From a virus (lineage: Duplodnaviria > Heunggongvirae > Uroviricota > Caudoviricetes): a DNA stretch of 47,835 nucleotides. The DNA lies in the IMG/VR virus record IMGVR_UViG_3300033076_000838, positions 1 through 47,835 of that record; one strand, given 5' to 3'. The notes below the pieces were generated by a model, which saw nothing but the letters and a program-made list of their open reading frames with translations, was not told the DNA's origin and made no database searches. A program made the position numbers and the translations under genes. Shown piece by piece: positions 45,478 to 47,835 of this stretch. Positions within the stretch are counted from its first letter, which is position 1. Each line of letters begins with the position of its first letter.

Positions 45478-46191
45478 ATGGAAAAAGGTAAATTAAATCG
45501 TTTCGTACAAAAGTACAATCTTGCTGGTTTAGTAGAATCGGTAAAGTGGGAAACAAAAGACAATGAATTGACAACTTCATTCATTTCTGATGATAAATCA
45601 GTATTGGGTAAAGTGACAATGAAAGAGTTTAATTTCAACGATGCAACATTCGGTGTATATGATACATCTAAATTAACAAAGATGTTATCAGTATTGGGTG
45701 AAGCAGTTGAATTTGAAATTTCTGATGTTGATGGTAAACCAGTTTCTTTGAAATTCAAAGATGGCTCTACATCCGTAAATTATATGTTGGCTGACCTTTC
45801 GGTTATTCCTAACGTACCGGATTTGAAGAAATTACCAGATTTCAATATCAAAATCAAATTGGATGAAAACTTTATTTCAAAATTCATCCGTGCTAAGAGT
45901 GCATTGGCAGATGAGAATAACTTTACATTCGTTGTAAAGAATGGTAAGGCACAAATCGTATTAGGTCATTCTAATATCAACACAAACCGAATTTCAATTG
46001 ATGTTGAAGGTGAAGTAGACGGTGATGTAAATCCAATCTCTTTCTCAGCAACATACTTAAAAGAAATTTTAGTAGCAAACAAAGAAGCAAAAGATGCTAC
46101 ATTAAACATTTCATCACAAGGTTTATCACACATTCACTTTGAAGTAGGTGAATATACATCTGATTACTACTTAGTAGAAATCGCTAGTTAA
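45478..46191 (+). CDS. DNA polymerase sliding clamp (gp45/PCNA-like)
   Basis: 237 aa with two-domain alpha/beta pattern, FGVYD..KL..ML, C-terminal YYLV; located near PolB. Confidence 0.8.
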   Translation: MEKGKLNRFVQKYNLAGLVESVKWETKDNELTTSFISDDKSVLGKVTMKEFNFNDATFGVYDTSKLTKMLSVLGEAVEFEISDVDGKPVSLKFKDGSTSVNYMLADLSVIPNVPDLKKLPDFNIKIKLDENFISKFIRAKSALADENNFTFVVKNGKAQIVLGHSNINTNRISIDVEGEVDGDVNPISFSATYLKEILVANKEAKDATLNISSQGLSHIHFEVGEYTSDYYLVEIAS

Positions 46192-46194
46192 TAT

Positions 46195-47832
46195 ATGAGT
46201 AAATACTACTACGAACGCTCGAAATTTTCTGAATTCCAATCCAACACAACTTATCATCAGTTACTACAAATGACCGATGATGAGTTTGTTAGTTGGGCTA
46301 AATTACTGCGTAAAGAGGTAACGAAGCAATGGGATGAAGATGGTGTGCCTCCTGTTATCGGTAAAGATAAGGATGGTATCATCGAATCATTTAAGAAATT
46401 AAAAGGAAACGATTGTGATTTCCTACAAAAAGATTTATCAGGCGATGATGAGTCGTTGGGTATTATTCAGAACTTTAACAAAGATGCATCTGCTATTAAT
46501 CAGTTTTTTCCTACTATGTTGAAAACTAAAATTTCAATTGGAAAATCTGCTGATGGTGGTTTATCTATTTATGACCATTTCTCTGACCCAAATTTAGAAG
46601 AACAATTTGTGAAGATTATGCGTAGAGCTGTTAAAAGAGATTCTATGTATTCGTGGTCACGTTCTATTGTAAATAAAAAAGATGAGAACGAATTTTGGGA
46701 TGGTGAAACTGGTGTTGAATTTATCCAAAAAGTGTATGAAGGTAAAATCTTTGTTGGTAAACATTCTGATTTAGATATTGTAATTGCAAAAGTAAAAGAA
46801 GATACTATTGATAATTATGGTACGATTAACGAACAATATATTGGGTTTGGTAATTTATATCTTAACGCAGAACAATTACAACAATGCGTGGATAATGGTT
46901 GGTTAAACCCTACTCAAATGTCTAACGTTAAAAAGATTGAAGACCACTTAACACTTGCAGATGGTAAAACCACTAAAAAGTTTTATTATCTAATTCGTTG
47001 GTATGATAAGACAGTGGGTATATTCCCTAAAATTTTACAAGTATTTCGTTTAAGTTGTGGACAACCTGCAGTGAATTTTCCTGCATTAACCGCAAAGTGG
47101 ATTTACGAAAACTATACATCGCACATCGAACAAGAAGAACCTCTTCACATTTATGATTCATCAAGTGGATGGGGTGGTAGAATCTTAGGTGCAATGAGTA
47201 GTAGAAAGAAAACTCACTACGTTGGTACTGACCCTAACCCTGATAATTTTATTCCAGAATTAGGAATATCACGTTATGAATATGCAGCTAAATTCTATAA
47301 CGATAATTGTGTAGATGATTTTTCAGAAACATTTACTAAATTCTTTGATGTAGAGAAACAAGGTAATACATATGAATTGTTTCAAGATGGGTCGGAACTA
47401 ATCCAACACAATCCTAAATTCCAAAAGTATAAAGGTAAATTGGATTTGGCGTTCACATCACCTCCATACTTTAATAGAGAACAATATTCACAAGATGAAA
47501 ATCAATCTTTCAAAGCATATGGTGAGTATGATGATTGGAGAGATAATTTTTTACGTCCTACATTAACTACCATTTATGAGTATATGAAGAACGATAGATA
47601 CATTCTTTGGAACATTGCAGATATTAAAATTGGTAAAGATACCTATTATGCATTAGAACAAGATTCTATTGATATTCTAAAAGAATTAGGTTGTGAGTAT
47701 AAAGGTAAATTGAAGATGTTGATGACACGAATGGTAGGATTAGACCCAACTAAGACAGGTATTAAAAACGCAGTGAAACACGATGGTAAAGCATATAAGT
47801 TTGAACCAATCTTTGTTTTTTACAAACCATAA
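46195..47832 (+). CDS. Second SAM-dependent amino-methyltransferase, paralogue of 38230-39462
   Basis: IYDSSSGWGGR, YVGTDP, FTSPPYF.REQYS, terminal EPIFVF matching EPVWIW. Confidence 0.85.
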   Translation: MSKYYYERSKFSEFQSNTTYHQLLQMTDDEFVSWAKLLRKEVTKQWDEDGVPPVIGKDKDGIIESFKKLKGNDCDFLQKDLSGDDESLGIIQNFNKDASAINQFFPTMLKTKISIGKSADGGLSIYDHFSDPNLEEQFVKIMRRAVKRDSMYSWSRSIVNKKDENEFWDGETGVEFIQKVYEGKIFVGKHSDLDIVIAKVKEDTIDNYGTINEQYIGFGNLYLNAEQLQQCVDNGWLNPTQMSNVKKIEDHLTLADGKTTKKFYYLIRWYDKTVGIFPKILQVFRLSCGQPAVNFPALTAKWIYENYTSHIEQEEPLHIYDSSSGWGGRILGAMSSRKKTHYVGTDPNPDNFIPELGISRYEYAAKFYNDNCVDDFSETFTKFFDVEKQGNTYELFQDGSELIQHNPKFQKYKGKLDLAFTSPPYFNREQYSQDENQSFKAYGEYDDWRDNFLRPTLTTIYEYMKNDRYILWNIADIKIGKDTYYALEQDSIDILKELGCEYKGKLKMLMTRMVGLDPTKTGIKNAVKHDGKAYKFEPIFVFYKP

Positions 47833-47835
47833 TAT

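Noticed and set aside
1575-45758. All minus-strand ORFs and nested alternative-frame + ORFs in the track (for example 1575-2087, 5332-5868, 8607-8789, 22642-22923, 43953-44198, 45276-45458)
   Set aside because: They overlap well-supported + strand genes, lack recognisable motifs, and look like antisense or frame shadows.
1-47835. Stop-codon reassignment, tRNA genes, diversity-generating retroelement
   Set aside because: The standard code gives full-length genes at high density with TAG used as a true stop (24575, 26867, 45079). I saw no tRNA cloverleaf, reverse transcriptase or TR/VR pair, though no scan was run.

Overview
A 47.8 kb, AT-rich segment of a large T4-like myovirus genome in which essentially every real gene is on the + strand. 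Twelve promoters of the form TTTG-N20-TAnnTT(T/A)G, a lipoprotein with D-(S/T)-x glycosylation motifs, a secreted protein with Gln after the signal cleavage site and a short NrdA all point to a Bacteroidota host. Gene order: contractile-tail module (1-12 kb: sheath, tube, chaperone pair with a probable +1 frameshift, tape measure, baseplate); PhyH-like and SGNH-like genes; a cluster of small early ORFans (13.7-17.7 kb); a divergent family A polymerase; a secreted nuclease; fibre and virion proteins; a lipoprotein; a DUF1599/Nmad1-like protein; a GHKL-ATPase/nuclease fusion; then the replication core (SSB, RecA/UvsX, 5'-3' exonuclease, helicase, RNR, thioredoxin, PolB, clamp). The best candidate for a new system is a tight operon just upstream of PolB: SPPY methyltransferase, dCMP-type thymidylate-synthase homologue with apparently lost folate contacts, AsnB-like amidotransferase and fold-type II PLP enzyme, with a second SPPY methyltransferase after the clamp. 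It looks like an undescribed cytosine hypermodification pathway. All calls come from motif recognition by eye; no database searches were run.
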